From Cenococcum geophilum (lineage: Eukaryota): a stretch of 64,000 nt of DNA. This document shows, in pieces, positions 62,883 through 64,000 of the stretch. The first letter of the stretch is position 1. Every line of letters begins with the position of its first letter. The position numbers and the translations under genes are program-made. The notes below the pieces were generated by a model that was not told where the DNA came from, did no database searches, and was given only the letters and a program-made list of their open reading frames with translations. The stretch spans positions 30,504,001-30,568,000 of the forward strand of contig CP158635.1 in the NCBI GenBank assembly GCA_050273025.1. The letters run 5' to 3'.

Positions 62883-64000
62883 TGTTACGGACGCCTTAAG
62901 TACAATGTTACGACTACTTGGAGAAGAGTTGGAAGAGGCTAGTTAGTTAATATAAGCACGGTCTAGGATAGAACCCATAGAACCATATAACGAGGAATAG
63001 TAGCCAAGGTTATATAACGTGCTATGTATTAAACGCGAGGAACGAGAGAAACTTACGTACCTTACGTATAACATATATATTACGTATAAGAAGGATTTTA
63101 TAGGAGTACGGTTATATATTTAAGGACCCTTAGTCCCTACCTAGATAGTTCCTTCCTTATAGTAATTCTTAGAATATAATTAGAGTTAATCTGTTAGGCA
63201 ACTACTCTACTAGTTATTATTACGTTGTTAACTTCCGGCAATACCTATATACCTAGCCTATTAACGAGTCTACCGTAGTTCTTGCTATAAGGCTCCGTTA
63301 TATAATTACTACCATAGTTACGGTTTTAAAAAGTTAAACAACATACTACTAAAAGCAGCCACTATAACGCCGTTAACGGCAGTAACCACTTTAAGGTTAA
63401 GTGGAGATATAAGTATATAAGATACTAACTTATAACTAGTTACGGTTGGGCAGTTATAGGAAATCATTAATAGGTTAAACGAGAACAACTAAATATTTAA
63501 AGAAAGACTTAATGGAATTGGAGCAATAAAGGTTAAGTTACTATTAATTAAACAATTCTTAGGAGAAAGATTAAAGCTTAAAGGATTCCTAACGTAAATG
63601 TATTTTAAAGTCATATAAGAAGGGGCCAAGTTAGCTATAATAATAGATTAAATAGCCTACGTAGGATTATTCCTAACGGGACGGGCACTTAAATGGTTTA
63701 AACCCTACTTAACGGAAATATAGACTAACGGAATAACTACTACTAATTAAGAGGTATGATTTATATTTTTTAGCTAGGTAGGATTCGCGGAATAATTAAT
63801 ATAGATATTTAGGGACCTAAAAGTAATAACTATAGTAAAGAAAAAGCTTTAGGACCTAATACAGCGAACTTTAGTAATTAAGTACACGACATAGTTTTAA
63901 ACACTTGCTATATAGGTTAAATAGAACAATAAGGCGCTTATGGCATAGTATAAATAGGGACTTAAGGCTAAAGTCTAGGACGCGATTATTCTAATAAAAG
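62883..64000 (+). mobile_element. Ty3/Gypsy element 'F', 5' LTR (~62883-63302) and start of gag; runs off the window
   Basis: TGTTACGGA start with a matching TCCGTTATA end; gag motif KVKLLLIKQFLGERLKLKGFLT*M ... GRALKWFKPYL. Confidence 0.8.

Noticed and set aside
62906..63075. Second TGTTACG start suggesting an LTR nested in F's LTR
   Set aside because: No matching end with a TSD could be found.

Overview
Gene-free 64 kb block of nested, RIP-degenerated fungal transposons. TpA is in large excess, CpA/TpG is depleted, and coding remnants are full of TAA/TAG stops. This points to Pezizomycotina-type heterochromatin (an AT-rich isochore or a pericentromere). Matching LTRs, TIRs and target-site duplications (TSDs) resolves six Ty3/Gypsy elements (1-5898, 14752-42612, 14891-29800, 45940->62880, 50058-59075, 62883->end) and three Ty1/Copia elements (8277-14329 GalEa-like, 21213-26849, 36121-41669). 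It also resolves a piggyBac, a Tc1-type DD34E transposon, an ORF1-only LINE derivative, four solo LTRs plus one unpaired LTR, and two related unclassified elements (U and V). Nesting reaches four levels, and no intact host gene is seen. The most notable signals are three. First, a covarying palindromic cis-module shared, in the same sense orientation, by two Gypsy elements and two unrelated Copia elements. Second, an unclassified microsatellite-tailed element with a reiterated target site and a structured end. Third, a piggyBac whose true ends may lie outside the TTAA. Internal domain boundaries are approximate and were read by eye.
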